The notes under the pieces: model-generated
What the model saw: only the letters and a program-made list of their open reading frames with translations
Database searches by the model: none
What the model was told of the DNA's origin: nothing
In this document: one piece after another, positions 1-9,803 of the stretch
Numbering within the stretch: position 1 is the first letter of the stretch
Layout of the letters: every line of letters starts with the position of its first letter
Assembly (NCBI GenBank): GCA_017619815.1
Contig: JAFZRR010000017.1
Location: 1 to 64,000, forward strand
Source of the DNA: Bacilli bacterium
Lineage (GTDB): Bacteria; Bacillota_I; Bacilli_A; RFN20; CAG-826
DNA: 64,000 nt
Direction of reading: 5' to 3'
Program-made: the position numbers and the translations under genes

Positions 1-464
1 ACAAATTGAAATCCATTCTTTTGAATAACTTTGTTACTTCCAATATTTGCGACTTCTGCGCGGATAGTTATTTTCTTAAATCCAAGTGTGAATAAATAAT
101 CTTTGAAAGCTGAAAAGACTTCAGTCATGTATCCTTTGTTCCAACATTTATTTGCTATGCAATATCCAACTTCTGGAACACCGTCAATGTATTTTACAAC
201 ATCGATGCCACCGACAAGTTCACCACTATCTTTTAAGGTAATACCAAATCTAATGGTTGTAGGGTCTTTATATTGATTTACCCACATAGTAACAATTTGT
301 CTTGTGACTTCGATATTCTCATGTACTGGCCAAGTTAAATATTTCACTACTTCAGGATCACTTGCCCAGTTAGAAAACATTTCATACTCGTCTCCAAGTT
401 TGAATTCTCTAAGTAATAATCTTTCAGTTTCTATCGTACTTTTCTTGTTCATACTTGATTTCAT
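1..464 (-). CDS. GNAT-family N-acetyltransferase (RimJ/RimL-like); C-terminus cut by the window edge
   Basis: Minus-strand ORF running off the left edge, so absent from the ORF track. Own translation from ATG ending at 464: MKSSMNKKSTIETERLLLREFKLGDEYEMFSNWASDPEVVKYLTWPVHENIEV...IRAEVANIGSNKVIQKNGFQF. This is a RimJ-like GNAT N-terminus with a ...N.S.KV.EK.GF motif. Confidence 0.6.
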   Translation of the reverse strand, partial: MKSSMNKKSTIETERLLLREFKLGDEYEMFSNWASDPEVVKYLTWPVHENIEVTRQIVTMWVNQYKDPTTIRFGITLKDSGELVGGIDVVKYIDGVPEVGYCIANKCWNKGYMTEVFSAFKDYLFTLGFKKITIRAEVANIGSNKVIQKNGFQF

Positions 465-521
465 TATATAAGAAAAGATCCCCACGTTTAATGGGGATCC
501 CTACTTTTAGATTTTATAAGA

Positions 522-2003
522 CTATTGTGCAGCTTTTTTATTGCTGATCACTTTGTCTCCAAAGTATCCAAGTAGTAATGATTTGAGATCAATACCTAAG
601 GTTTTGTTTAAACCTGCGAAGATTTGATCACCGTGTTGTTGAATCTCACTGACGAGTTTGGCTTCATTGCCTTCTCCGTACATTGTAATACCATCAATTT
701 GTGCAAGAGCAGCAGCGATTGGTTCACTATAGGCTCTGACCGTTTCTGGTAAGACATTGGATTCAAGGATGAGTTTGAGTGTAGCGGCATCATTATATGA
801 TTTCATGGCATCCGCTTTTGCTTTGATGGCATCAGCTTCGGCTTGGCCTTTGGCTTCAATGCCTTTGGCTTCTGCTAATGCAGCTTCCTTATTGGCATCC
901 GCTTCCACTCTAACGGCTGTGGCGCCTTCTTCACGTGCTTTTCTTTCCGCTTCTGCGGCCACTCTCTTGATTTCGGCTTTTCTTTGAGCTTCGATGAGTT
1001 CGGCTTCAGCGGCAGCTTTTCTCTTGAAGAGTTCTGCTTCAGCAGCTTTCTCTGCGGCATATTTTTCGGCATCGGCTTTCTTGTTGATTTGAGCCGCTAA
1101 TTTCTTTTCGGCTAATTCGACTTCTTTGTTGCCGAGTTCAACTTCGCGTTCTCTCTTTGAGATTTCCGCATTTGTAGTTGCGACGTTGATTTCTTCTTGT
1201 CTCTTTTGTTCTTGAATCTTATATGCGGCATCAGCATCTGCTTTCGCGGTATCTGTTTGGATCTTTAATGATGCTTCTTTTAAGGCATATTCAGTATTCT
1301 TTTGAACAATGATTGTCTTGGAATTGACTTCGGCTTCATTGGCATCTTGAGCGGCTTTTGCTCTGGCAATGGAGACATCTCTTTCCGCATTTGCTTTAGC
1401 AATCGCGGCTTCTTTAGAGATTTGAGAGATGTTATCAATACCGAGGTTTTCAATAACATTATTTCTATCAGAGAAATTTTGAATGTTGAAGTTCACAAGT
1501 TCGATGCCGAGTTTTCCCATATCTGGGATGACGTTCTCTTGAACTTTTGTGGCAACACCTTTTCTATCTTGCACGAGTTCGCGGATACCGACTGTGCCAA
1601 CGATTTCTCTCATATTGCCTTCAAGAACTTGTTTCACTTGTTCAATGAGATCTTCTTGGCTCATTCCTAATGTAGCTTCAAACGCTCTTTCAAGGAGTTC
1701 TGGGTCGCTGCTGATTTTAAGATTCGCAACACCATCAACATTTATGTTGATAAATTCATGTGTTGGGATTGGTTCGCGAGTCTTGATGTCGACTTGGAAA
1801 ACCTTTAATGATAAACGGTCTTTTCTTTGTAAGAATGGAAGTCGCCAACCAGCTTTGCCTCTTAATATTTTTCTTTTTCCTAATCCAGAAATCATAATTG
1901 CTTCATCTGGACCAGCTTTTGTGTATGAGCAGAGTAAGAAAATAATTAATAAAACTAACACTGCAACACCGATGAGAATCCAAATCCATAAATACTTCAA
2001 CAT
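522..2003 (-). CDS. flotillin-like SPFH/band-7 membrane protein (FloT/YuaG-like)
   Basis: 493 aa with an N-terminal TM helix, an SPFH core (ILRGKAGWRLPFLQ...DVSIARAKA) and a long Ala/Glu/Lys-rich coiled-coil tail. Confidence 0.8.
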   Translation of the reverse strand: MLKYLWIWILIGVAVLVLLIIFLLCSYTKAGPDEAIMISGLGKRKILRGKAGWRLPFLQRKDRLSLKVFQVDIKTREPIPTHEFININVDGVANLKISSDPELLERAFEATLGMSQEDLIEQVKQVLEGNMREIVGTVGIRELVQDRKGVATKVQENVIPDMGKLGIELVNFNIQNFSDRNNVIENLGIDNISQISKEAAIAKANAERDVSIARAKAAQDANEAEVNSKTIIVQKNTEYALKEASLKIQTDTAKADADAAYKIQEQKRQEEINVATTNAEISKREREVELGNKEVELAEKKLAAQINKKADAEKYAAEKAAEAELFKRKAAAEAELIEAQRKAEIKRVAAEAERKAREEGATAVRVEADANKEAALAEAKGIEAKGQAEADAIKAKADAMKSYNDAATLKLILESNVLPETVRAYSEPIAAALAQIDGITMYGEGNEAKLVSEIQQHGDQIFAGLNKTLGIDLKSLLLGYFGDKVISNKKAAQ

Positions 2004-2079
2004 AAACTTTTACCTCCTTCTTTGAAAATTTTACTGTTTGTATTTAGGGGCATTTCTTTAACCCCTTATAGAAATGCTG

Positions 2080-2451
2080 TTACTTTTGTCCCCCTGTAAT
2101 GAGAATTGTTAATACATTCGCCTCAGGATCCCAGCTTGTTTCAAACTGGACAGGGACTTTAGATAAATTGAGTTTGAGAACTTCTCCAATTTGTTTCATA
2201 AGTGTTGTGGAAGAAATTCTCGCAAAGCTTTTGTTTCTCTCTAATTTGAGAAGACAACTTTCATCAAGATCACCAGACTCCACGACTGTTTTGGTAAGTG
2301 GTTGGATAACAATATTTCCGTTATCGTCTAATCCCACTTGAACCTTATATGCATCTTCGAACGGATACATCGCGGTAGTATTAAGTGTGATGTTATTTGC
2401 ATAGAGAGATGCTACGCCATTTTTGGCTTTAACATTGAACCATTTAATCAT
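2080..2451 (-). CDS. hypothetical small protein
   Basis: Start trimmed to MIKWFNVKAK, which has AAAGGAG 9 nt upstream in the mRNA. The track start at 2484 lacks an SD. No recognisable family. Confidence 0.45.
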   Translation of the reverse strand: MIKWFNVKAKNGVASLYANNITLNTTAMYPFEDAYKVQVGLDDNGNIVIQPLTKTVVESGDLDESCLLKLERNKSFARISSTTLMKQIGEVLKLNLSKVPVQFETSWDPEANVLTILITGGQK

Positions 2452-2850
2452 AGGTTTTTTGCTCCTTTCACCATTATTATACATATTTATACATACATCT
2501 ACAAATAAAATCGTAAAAATCGTATTTGCTTATATTTTTCTTGATATAATCGCAAATAATATAATCCTTATTTAAATATATATAATGAAATATTTATTAA
2601 TAATTGTTTCAATATTGAGTAAATATGTTGCTTTTATGTATTAATGTGTATTTGCAAATATTCACCATTTTTTGATAATAAAACGTAAAAGCTCTCAAAG
2701 AGAGTTTTTTAAATATATTTTTATGGTAGAGCATTGTTCTGAGAACAATAAAGAATTCCTTCGTTATTTTACCCTACTGAAATAACCGATAATTTTTGCA
2801 TATTATGAAAAAATTGTATATAATTCACAACAATCCGGCTTATCGGAGAA

Positions 2851-4140
2851 ATGTTTATGTTAATTGGTAAGGGGAAAAAGATATCTGTAATAGGCGCCGC
2901 CATGCTACCAGTAGTGATAGTTGGTGGTCTTTATATTGCTTCAAACAATAATATCAGATTGAGTAAAGCAAGCGCTTTTACTATGTCCCTCAATGCTAAT
3001 AATTCTCCAACACTTTCTAACGGTGCAGGTACCATGGTCGATGAGAAAAACATTACCTGGGAATACTCCAATGCTAGCGATTTAGCTAATGGCCACGTTA
3101 GTCTTAATCATCAAGGTTATTTTGGCATCAGTTCTTCAAGTATTTATGGTTACACAAACATTAGTGAATTAACTGTTAATTTTACCAAAGGCACCAATGG
3201 TGAATTATGGTTATTAACATCAATTAATGGAACAGACTGGAACGAACAAATCAAACTCACTTCCGGTCAATCCACAGATTACGCGAATAACTGGCGATAC
3301 ATTCGTTTCTATTGTTGGGACGCAGACAATAATCCAATTAATGTCACTTCTGTTAACTTTGGTTATGAATGTTCTGGAATCAGTAGCTCTGACGATGTTG
3401 ATTTGGCTTGTTATGATAACATTGTCAACACCTCAAATGTCATCGCGACAAAAGAAACAAGCACAAAATCACCATTAGATGGGAGCACAGAAGCGGTGAG
3501 ACTCACAAAAGATGGAACTGAAAATATATGGTGTGATTTCAGTTTAAGAGAATCTCGCCACGCTCATGATTTACATACTTTTGAAATTGAATTGGATTTC
3601 TATCACAAAAACAACAACACCAAACCTCAGATTGTATTTTTAAATGGAGACAAAAAAGTTGGTACAACTGCCAGTTATTCCGGTACAAAAACAAATTATC
3701 AGGTTAGTAATATAAATAGTGATTGGTGGCACATTACGATCCATATCACTTCTATTATAGTTCCAGCAGTTGAATCTGGTGATAGCGCAACCAGCAATAA
3801 TCCTGTTGACGGAATTAGAGTTATCAGCAGTAACTGTGTTATCGACAACTTAAGAATTGATTGCACCCCCTCGGATGAAAATCATCCATTAGGTCTTTAT
3901 AACAATTGGACTTCTTTTAATCATGGCACTCGCTTTTGGATGAAAGTATCTTGGGCAGGATATTTACATAGTTGCACATTCACTTATGATGTCCCAGATA
4001 TTATCGAGCAAATGCAAGGGACGGCTCATCCATTCTATTTATATGGAAATCAAGCTGGCACTGTTGTCGTTACCGCTCATTTAGTGGTTGGATATGACAG
4101 AAGATCAGTGACCATTACAAAAACAGTTGTAGTCAATTAA
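2851..4140 (+). CDS. secreted/surface protein of unknown function; paralog of 23239-24213 over the C-terminal ~230 aa
   Basis: N-terminal hydrophobic signal/anchor (VIGAAMLPVVIVGGLYIA). Shared C-terminal blocks WWHITIHITSI/WWHLEYFITAL, NLRIDCT/NLKLTNT and PFYLYGNQAGTVVVTAHLVVG/PFYLYGKKAGTIIATATLIVG. SD GGAG sits upstream. Confidence 0.65.
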   Translation: MFMLIGKGKKISVIGAAMLPVVIVGGLYIASNNNIRLSKASAFTMSLNANNSPTLSNGAGTMVDEKNITWEYSNASDLANGHVSLNHQGYFGISSSSIYGYTNISELTVNFTKGTNGELWLLTSINGTDWNEQIKLTSGQSTDYANNWRYIRFYCWDADNNPINVTSVNFGYECSGISSSDDVDLACYDNIVNTSNVIATKETSTKSPLDGSTEAVRLTKDGTENIWCDFSLRESRHAHDLHTFEIELDFYHKNNNTKPQIVFLNGDKKVGTTASYSGTKTNYQVSNINSDWWHITIHITSIIVPAVESGDSATSNNPVDGIRVISSNCVIDNLRIDCTPSDENHPLGLYNNWTSFNHGTRFWMKVSWAGYLHSCTFTYDVPDIIEQMQGTAHPFYLYGNQAGTVVVTAHLVVGYDRRSVTITKTVVVN

Positions 4141-4144
4141 AAAT

Positions 4145-4168
4145 GTCACCAATTAGGTGGCTTTTTTA
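4145..4168 (+). terminator. intrinsic terminator after 2851-4140
   Basis: Hairpin GTCACC-aatta-GGTGGC followed by TTTTTT. Confidence 0.55.
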
Positions 4169-4234
4169 ATACTTATATTTGTTATAAAAGTTTTATTGTA
4201 ATAAAATCAAAATAATTGTTAGGGAGAAATCATT

Positions 4235-6031
4235 ATGAAAATCAAATATTCCATAATCCCACTCGTCTGTTCATTAGTCCTTGTTGGTTGCAAAACCAGT
4301 GGAGTCAAAGCAGATGATAAAATTAAATTCACTTCTAAAGAAATGACTACATATCTTTACACAGATAAAAGCAGTGTCAAAACTGAAGTATTTTTTAGAG
4401 ATGATATTTTAAAAGAGCTTCCATATATTTCTTTGAAGACTTATTACAACTTATTAACAAACCATGAACTAACAATTGTGAAAAGTGAAAATCATGTATA
4501 TACAGTCACAAGCGCGAATGGAGAAGTAGCCACAATCGACACAGCAAATGATACACTTTCTTGTGCGGATTATCAAAACTTCATCAGCACCACTATTTAT
4601 AGACAAGACAATGTTCCAAATGTCTATTTTGATGGGGCACCATTCTTAAGAGTGAAAAATGTCACTTCTGAAAAGCAACCAGTGGCGAAGAATATTGATT
4701 TCAAAAAATACAACATCAACTTAATTGGTAGAGATAATGATATCTATCTCCCATTAGCCACTGCTTCTAACTTATTCATGGGTCCAACCATGATTACATG
4801 TTTCTTTACACCAGATGCTATTTACTTCATTGATCCAAATGATCCAACTTGGGAAACTGGTTCTTTAATGCAACATTCACCATACTTCACTGGTTTAAAC
4901 AAAACATTCAAAAGCAAAGTTAGAACTGAAGATGAAGCAAGATTCTCTTATGGTGAATTATGTTTCTTAATTGATACCTATTATGGTTTGCCTGGAAGAG
5001 AATATCTCCACGCACCACTTAAAGAAACTAGAGATTTAGATAAGACTTTAAATGAATTTAACGATGTTACTAGACAAGCTAGAACATTCTTGAGGTCCAC
5101 AAATTACGCTGAATATTTAGCGGGTATTAAAATGCTTGATGCTTTCCTTTCTGACGCCGGTCACTCAGTTGTTGGTTTAGGAACTTCTTATTATTTAAAT
5201 CACGATTCTTCTTTGAATAAAGATGTGAATAACGTCTTAAAATCAATTAACTTCAATGAATATCAATACAAGGCTGCAAGTAATATTGGCCGTGATTATA
5301 TAAGCGGTCTATATGGCGCTAGACAAAGTGGTCCAAGTGTTTCTAACAATGGTTATGTCTTACAAGGAGACACATTGTTCTATAGATTTGATCAATTTGA
5401 TTTTGATATCAATCTTTGGAACAAATACTATAGCAAAGGTGCAACAGGCAACCTTCCAAAAGATGGTGTCGGTAACTTTAGAAAAATGTTAGAAACATAT
5501 AACGGAAATTCCACAGTTAAAAACGTTGTTGTGGATATCAGTTTGAACCCAGGTGGATTTGGCGATATCGTCTGTGCTTTTATGGGATTAATGAATCAAG
5601 ATACATATCAATGTTCCTATGACACAATTGGTGAAAGATTAATTAAAGTTAATTATGAATTTGATAAGAACTTCGATGGTGTCTTTGATGAACACGATGA
5701 TGAAGTCCACTACGATTTCAACTTTGCTGTTCTCTGTTCTGGATATTCCTTCTCTTGCGGTAACTTATTACCAGCCCAAGCAAAAGAAAGTGGAATTGCC
5801 TTATTAGGTGATAAGTCCGGTGGCGGTTCTTGTGCGGTTATCGATGCCGCTTCTCCAGAAGGTTTATATGTCAGATTATCTTGCCAAGACCATCTTTCCG
5901 GCATTGATGGAACTGATTATGAATTCGGTGTTCCTGTGGATTATACTTTAGTGCAAAATGGAGACTTCTCAAACTTCTTCAACATCAACTTAATGTCAGA
6001 GAAGATTAGTGATTTCTATTCTAGAGGATAA
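4235..6031 (+). CDS. lipoprotein with an S41 (C-terminal processing peptidase)-like catalytic domain
   Basis: Lipobox LVLVGC at the N-terminus. VVVDISLNPGGFGD resembles the S41 DLRxNxGG motif. VLCSGYSFSCGNLLPAQAKESGIALLGDKSGGG resembles the S41 Ser/Lys catalytic block. Confidence 0.55.
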   Translation: MKIKYSIIPLVCSLVLVGCKTSGVKADDKIKFTSKEMTTYLYTDKSSVKTEVFFRDDILKELPYISLKTYYNLLTNHELTIVKSENHVYTVTSANGEVATIDTANDTLSCADYQNFISTTIYRQDNVPNVYFDGAPFLRVKNVTSEKQPVAKNIDFKKYNINLIGRDNDIYLPLATASNLFMGPTMITCFFTPDAIYFIDPNDPTWETGSLMQHSPYFTGLNKTFKSKVRTEDEARFSYGELCFLIDTYYGLPGREYLHAPLKETRDLDKTLNEFNDVTRQARTFLRSTNYAEYLAGIKMLDAFLSDAGHSVVGLGTSYYLNHDSSLNKDVNNVLKSINFNEYQYKAASNIGRDYISGLYGARQSGPSVSNNGYVLQGDTLFYRFDQFDFDINLWNKYYSKGATGNLPKDGVGNFRKMLETYNGNSTVKNVVVDISLNPGGFGDIVCAFMGLMNQDTYQCSYDTIGERLIKVNYEFDKNFDGVFDEHDDEVHYDFNFAVLCSGYSFSCGNLLPAQAKESGIALLGDKSGGGSCAVIDAASPEGLYVRLSCQDHLSGIDGTDYEFGVPVDYTLVQNGDFSNFFNINLMSEKISDFYSRG

Positions 6032-6066
6032 AAAATAAGCATCCTTACTTGGATGCTTTTTCTTTT
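6030..6066. terminator. bidirectional intrinsic terminator between convergent genes
   Basis: AAGCATCC-ttactt-GGATGCTT hairpin flanked by A-run and T-run. Confidence 0.6.
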
Positions 6067-7199
6067 AGAAATTGTTTTAGGAATGAATATTTATTAGAGA
6101 ATGTTTCGTTAAAATAATTCTTATCAATATACATTTTTTCAAAGTCGGAATTTGAAAAAGAAATCATATATCTTGATACATCTGAACCATGGTCTTTATC
6201 ATCTTGATGAATGTATTCAGATTGCATAGCAAGATGGAATCCGATGTTCTGTCTTTTAGATGTGTACATAGTGGCTTTTTCAAAAACGATTTCAGAAATA
6301 TCATTCGCAGGCAAAAATAGTTTTCTAAACTTTTCAATCGAAGCTTGTTTGATTAAAGATAAATAATCTTCCACACTATCGATTTCGCCTTTGGTTAAGA
6401 ACAAGAGTTTTTCTTCCACAGATAGATTGGCAATACCAGATTTCAAATCATTAGCCCTTTCCGCAAATTCACAAAGTGCAAACTTTTGATTTGTCTTATC
6501 GTACACCATCGCCATCTGGCTCACCGCATATTCATTAAGTAATTTGTTATGACCGCTGATATAGACAAGTCTTCTTTTAAATGTATCTAAGTCACAACCG
6601 TAAATACTGATGAATTGTTTCATAAAGACACTGTCATTTATTTCTTCATAAGTCTTTTGTTCATTAATATAATCATCGCTTTCTTTGATTTTATTAATGG
6701 CTTCGCTGATAGCCTCATTAATGGCTTTTAATTCATGTTCATAAACGACTTTTTCGGATTCATCAAATCTAAATAAGATAAAGATTTTATTCGTGGATCC
6801 TAGTTTCCATTTCGTGTCATTGACGGTCTTAAAAGATTGTTCCACTAAAGCGTAGGAGAAAAGAGATATGCATAATGCGGGTGGGTCACCTGCTCGTATA
6901 CCAGAGAATATTTCAAAGACACATTGGTCTAAATCATATAACTTAATGCGTTCGTAAGAAGAGAAAGAGCCATTGTCTTTACTGACCATAATGCAGTCTT
7001 CATAAATGGTAATCGTTTGACTGTTATAGACTTCGTTATAATCGCGATATCCAATAAAAGAAAATTCAAATAGTTTCTTTTTTTGAATTCCACCTTTGAT
7101 ATAGGTACTGTTCTTTTCTTTGTTCCGCGTTAAAAGAATCACCACTAAAACAATGACAGTTAAACCTAAGACACTAAAACCAATTATGTATCCGATCAT
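6045..7199 (-). CDS. membrane-anchored hypothetical protein
   Basis: 384-aa ORF with a single N-terminal TM (IIGFSVLGLTVIVLVVILL). No family recognised. Confidence 0.55.
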   Translation of the reverse strand: MIGYIIGFSVLGLTVIVLVVILLTRNKEKNSTYIKGGIQKKKLFEFSFIGYRDYNEVYNSQTITIYEDCIMVSKDNGSFSSYERIKLYDLDQCVFEIFSGIRAGDPPALCISLFSYALVEQSFKTVNDTKWKLGSTNKIFILFRFDESEKVVYEHELKAINEAISEAINKIKESDDYINEQKTYEEINDSVFMKQFISIYGCDLDTFKRRLVYISGHNKLLNEYAVSQMAMVYDKTNQKFALCEFAERANDLKSGIANLSVEEKLLFLTKGEIDSVEDYLSLIKQASIEKFRKLFLPANDISEIVFEKATMYTSKRQNIGFHLAMQSEYIHQDDKDHGSDVSRYMISFSNSDFEKMYIDKNYFNETFSNKYSFLKQFLKEKASK

Positions 7200-7296
7200 A
7201 CTTCCCCTTTTAGATGATTCTGATTACTTCCAATATAAACTAAAAAATAAAAAACCACCACTAAGGATGGTTATTTTATTTATTTGAAATAGTTAT

Positions 7297-8010
7297 TTAG
7301 ATAAGAAACAAAATGGAGAAGGCGATAACAAATTGAGCGATGTAATAAAACACGGAATATGTCGCCATATAGGCTTTGCTTCTTTGCCCTTCTTTGAAAT
7401 AAGCTCCTGTCAGCATCATGTCGCTTGCGCAGAAGCATATCGCTGCAGGAAGGAACATCACCAATGTGGTTAACGCAAACTTATATAAAATAGCCATGCA
7501 TAATGCAGAAGACACCATTGTGGTTAAACAATACAAATAGAATAGTCCAAAGATTAACATTCCTTTGCCAAAGTTGATTCCAACCTTTTTCGCCACGAGC
7601 ATATAAATACTGATAATGACGACTGGTAATACGAATGGGAGAATAATGAATAAAGTATTTCCTGGAATCCAAAAGTCGATTAATAAGCCCAAAATATAAC
7701 AAATATGGCCGATTGCAAAAGCAAACATACCAAGGAGTATCCAAATCTTCTTTGTCTTTGTGGTTATATATTTAAAACCAAGAAATAAATCACCGAGCAT
7801 TCCAAAGAATAAACCGAGCACTGTGAATAGTTTGAAAATAAAATGTCCTTCTTTATTTAAACAGAAGGCCACAATTCCTAACGCCACAAAGAATAATGAA
7901 GCGATAGTTTTAAAGATGATTGTTTTTAAAGAATAGTTAGTGACTTTGCTCACGATAAAAACAATCGACATAATCGTCCCAAGGACTAAAAGAATTATTG
8001 ATGGAATCAT
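7297..8010 (-). CDS. polytopic integral membrane protein (about 7-8 TM)
   Basis: 237 aa, hydrophobic throughout. Possibly YhhN-like, but not verifiable from sequence alone. Confidence 0.55.
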   Translation of the reverse strand: MIPSIILLVLGTIMSIVFIVSKVTNYSLKTIIFKTIASLFFVALGIVAFCLNKEGHFIFKLFTVLGLFFGMLGDLFLGFKYITTKTKKIWILLGMFAFAIGHICYILGLLIDFWIPGNTLFIILPFVLPVVIISIYMLVAKKVGINFGKGMLIFGLFYLYCLTTMVSSALCMAILYKFALTTLVMFLPAAICFCASDMMLTGAYFKEGQRSKAYMATYSVFYYIAQFVIAFSILFLI

Positions 8011-8083
8011 ACGTTTTTATTATAGCTCACATAAGCTAGTTTGATTATCAAATAATCTAAACAAATATCAAAATTTAATAAAC

Positions 8084-8115
8084 AAAAACGGGGTTCCAAG
8101 TGGTTCCCCGTTTTG
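8084..8115 (-). terminator. intrinsic terminator at the end of the minus-strand SipW/TasA operon
   Basis: AAAACGGGG-loop-CCCCGTTTT hairpin with A/T runs on both sides. Confidence 0.6.
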
Positions 8116-8233
8116 ATTAATAATCTATAATCGGTAGATTAATTCATCCATTTCAAAACATATTTGTTCGCGACGAAAACATCAGTTTTGATTTATATGA
8201 ATGAGCATTATTTGAGTTGTTAATTAACGATAA

Positions 8234-9784
8234 TTACCAAACTAATGATGGTGTGTTTTCACCAGTAAGAAGTTCGCTATCATTAACGTAGATACCAGCA
8301 CCATTTGGTGAACCAGTAGAGTGCATCTTTAATGTAACAAAATCAAATGTTGTTGGATCATCGGCAACGATGTCGATAAATGTTGATAAGGCATTTTGAC
8401 GTGCGACTTTGCAGTTTGTTAATTTTGCAGTTGTGTTGTTAATGACTTCGAGCAATAAACCCTTACCATCGCCTTCTTCGTGGTCGCCGTTTTCTAAGAA
8501 TTTACAATTTGTGAATTCAGCTGGTGAGTAACAACGGATGTAATTAAGTTTTGAATCTACATCACCATATTCGGAAGCTGAGAATGTAACGTTTGTAAAT
8601 TTAGCTGTGCCGGAGTTGTTGAATGTTGTCCAGCCACGAATAACAGAATCTTCAACGATTAAGTCTTTGCAATGTGTATTCAAAGTATACCATTCTGTCA
8701 TAATCATAGAATTCTTCACGATGATATTGTGTTCGTCATCTAAATTAATATTGCCACCATATAAGTTGGCCCAGTAACCGTCAACAACAACACCATCGAA
8801 AACGATGTTTTGAGCAATTCTTGGTTGACCATAGTTATAAACTAAGTATGCGCTTGTGTTACCATTAGCATCAGCGCCATGGAATTCACAATCTTTGAGC
8901 GTGAAGCCGTGTGTAAATGGAACTAATACTGCATAAGTACTTGCATCGGAAGCTTCAACTTCGATGCCTTCAATAACAACATTATCTCCACCTAATTTGA
9001 AGATAAATGGGTTAACTGCTGTAGATCTACCTTCAGCAATGATTTTGTGACCATTACCAATGATGTGTGCACCTGCTGGTAAAACGATAGAATCAGTTGC
9101 AGGAATTTCAATATCGCCTAATAATTCAACAGATGTATCTGCTGCGATAGCATCGATTAATTGACTGTATGACATAACCGCTGCTTCAACTTCCATATTG
9201 GCTTGGACGCCATAGAGTTTGAATTCAACGTTGGATTTCGCGCCTTGATATTCATTACCGGCTTCGACTGGTAATTCAACTGAGACGTGATAGGCTGGCA
9301 TTTCTTCACCAGGACCAATATTTGTCATTGCGGCTGGAGCTGCTTGGCCTTGGGCATCTTTCATAGAAATGACTAATCCGCTTGATAATTTTGCGGTCGC
9401 GTAATCTAAATCACCTTGGCTGGCTTCTTTACCACTTTGTTCATTTTGGAATGAATAGAGTAATTGATATTTTGCTAAGACGTTGGATTGATTGTTAAGT
9501 GTTAAATCGAATTCAACTCTGTCGCCTGGAGTCATTTTTTCAAGAGCAACAGTGGCTTCTTGTAATGTGGCTAAACCACCGTTTTGGAATTGGCCGTTTT
9601 GTTGTTCAACGTCCAATGAATATAATTTGAGGTTTGATGCTTCTAATGACATTCTGACAACACCAGCTTCAATAGACATATTAGCTTTGTTTTCAGATGT
9701 AAAGTAAGCGATTGTGCCACCAACAGCGCCGGCGGCCATTAATGCTGCTGTAACAGCGGCAGTAATAACATATCTTTTTTTCAT
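8234..9784 (-). CDS. secreted TasA/camelysin-family N-domain fused to a right-handed beta-helix domain
   Basis: Start trimmed to MKKRYVITAAVTAALMAAGAVGGTIAYFTSE, a SipW-cognate-type signal. The block MTPGDRVEFDLTLNN matches the TasA NLKPGDK...ENNG block. The C-terminal half carries repetitive N/G/V-rich beta-helix-like turns (NVVIEGIEVEA..., IIVKNSMI..., LIVEDSVIRG...). Confidence 0.65.
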   Translation of the reverse strand: MKKRYVITAAVTAALMAAGAVGGTIAYFTSENKANMSIEAGVVRMSLEASNLKLYSLDVEQQNGQFQNGGLATLQEATVALEKMTPGDRVEFDLTLNNQSNVLAKYQLLYSFQNEQSGKEASQGDLDYATAKLSSGLVISMKDAQGQAAPAAMTNIGPGEEMPAYHVSVELPVEAGNEYQGAKSNVEFKLYGVQANMEVEAAVMSYSQLIDAIAADTSVELLGDIEIPATDSIVLPAGAHIIGNGHKIIAEGRSTAVNPFIFKLGGDNVVIEGIEVEASDASTYAVLVPFTHGFTLKDCEFHGADANGNTSAYLVYNYGQPRIAQNIVFDGVVVDGYWANLYGGNINLDDEHNIIVKNSMIMTEWYTLNTHCKDLIVEDSVIRGWTTFNNSGTAKFTNVTFSASEYGDVDSKLNYIRCYSPAEFTNCKFLENGDHEEGDGKGLLLEVINNTTAKLTNCKVARQNALSTFIDIVADDPTTFDFVTLKMHSTGSPNGAGIYVNDSELLTGENTPSLVW

Positions 9785-9803
9785 AAGATTTTTTTCCTTT
9801 CTT

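Noticed and set aside
757-2025. ORFs 757-987(+), 875-1072(-), 1302-1670(+) and 1549-2025(+) inside or antisense to the flotillin gene
   Set aside because: Alternative-frame or antisense artefacts of the Ala/Glu/Lys-rich coiled-coil coding region. They have low-complexity translations and no RBS.
2004-2079. Weak hairpin (AGGGG...CCCCT) between flotillin and the upstream small ORF as a terminator
   Set aside because: It has only about 5 bp with an internal mismatch and no U-tract on the relevant strand, so it is not convincing.
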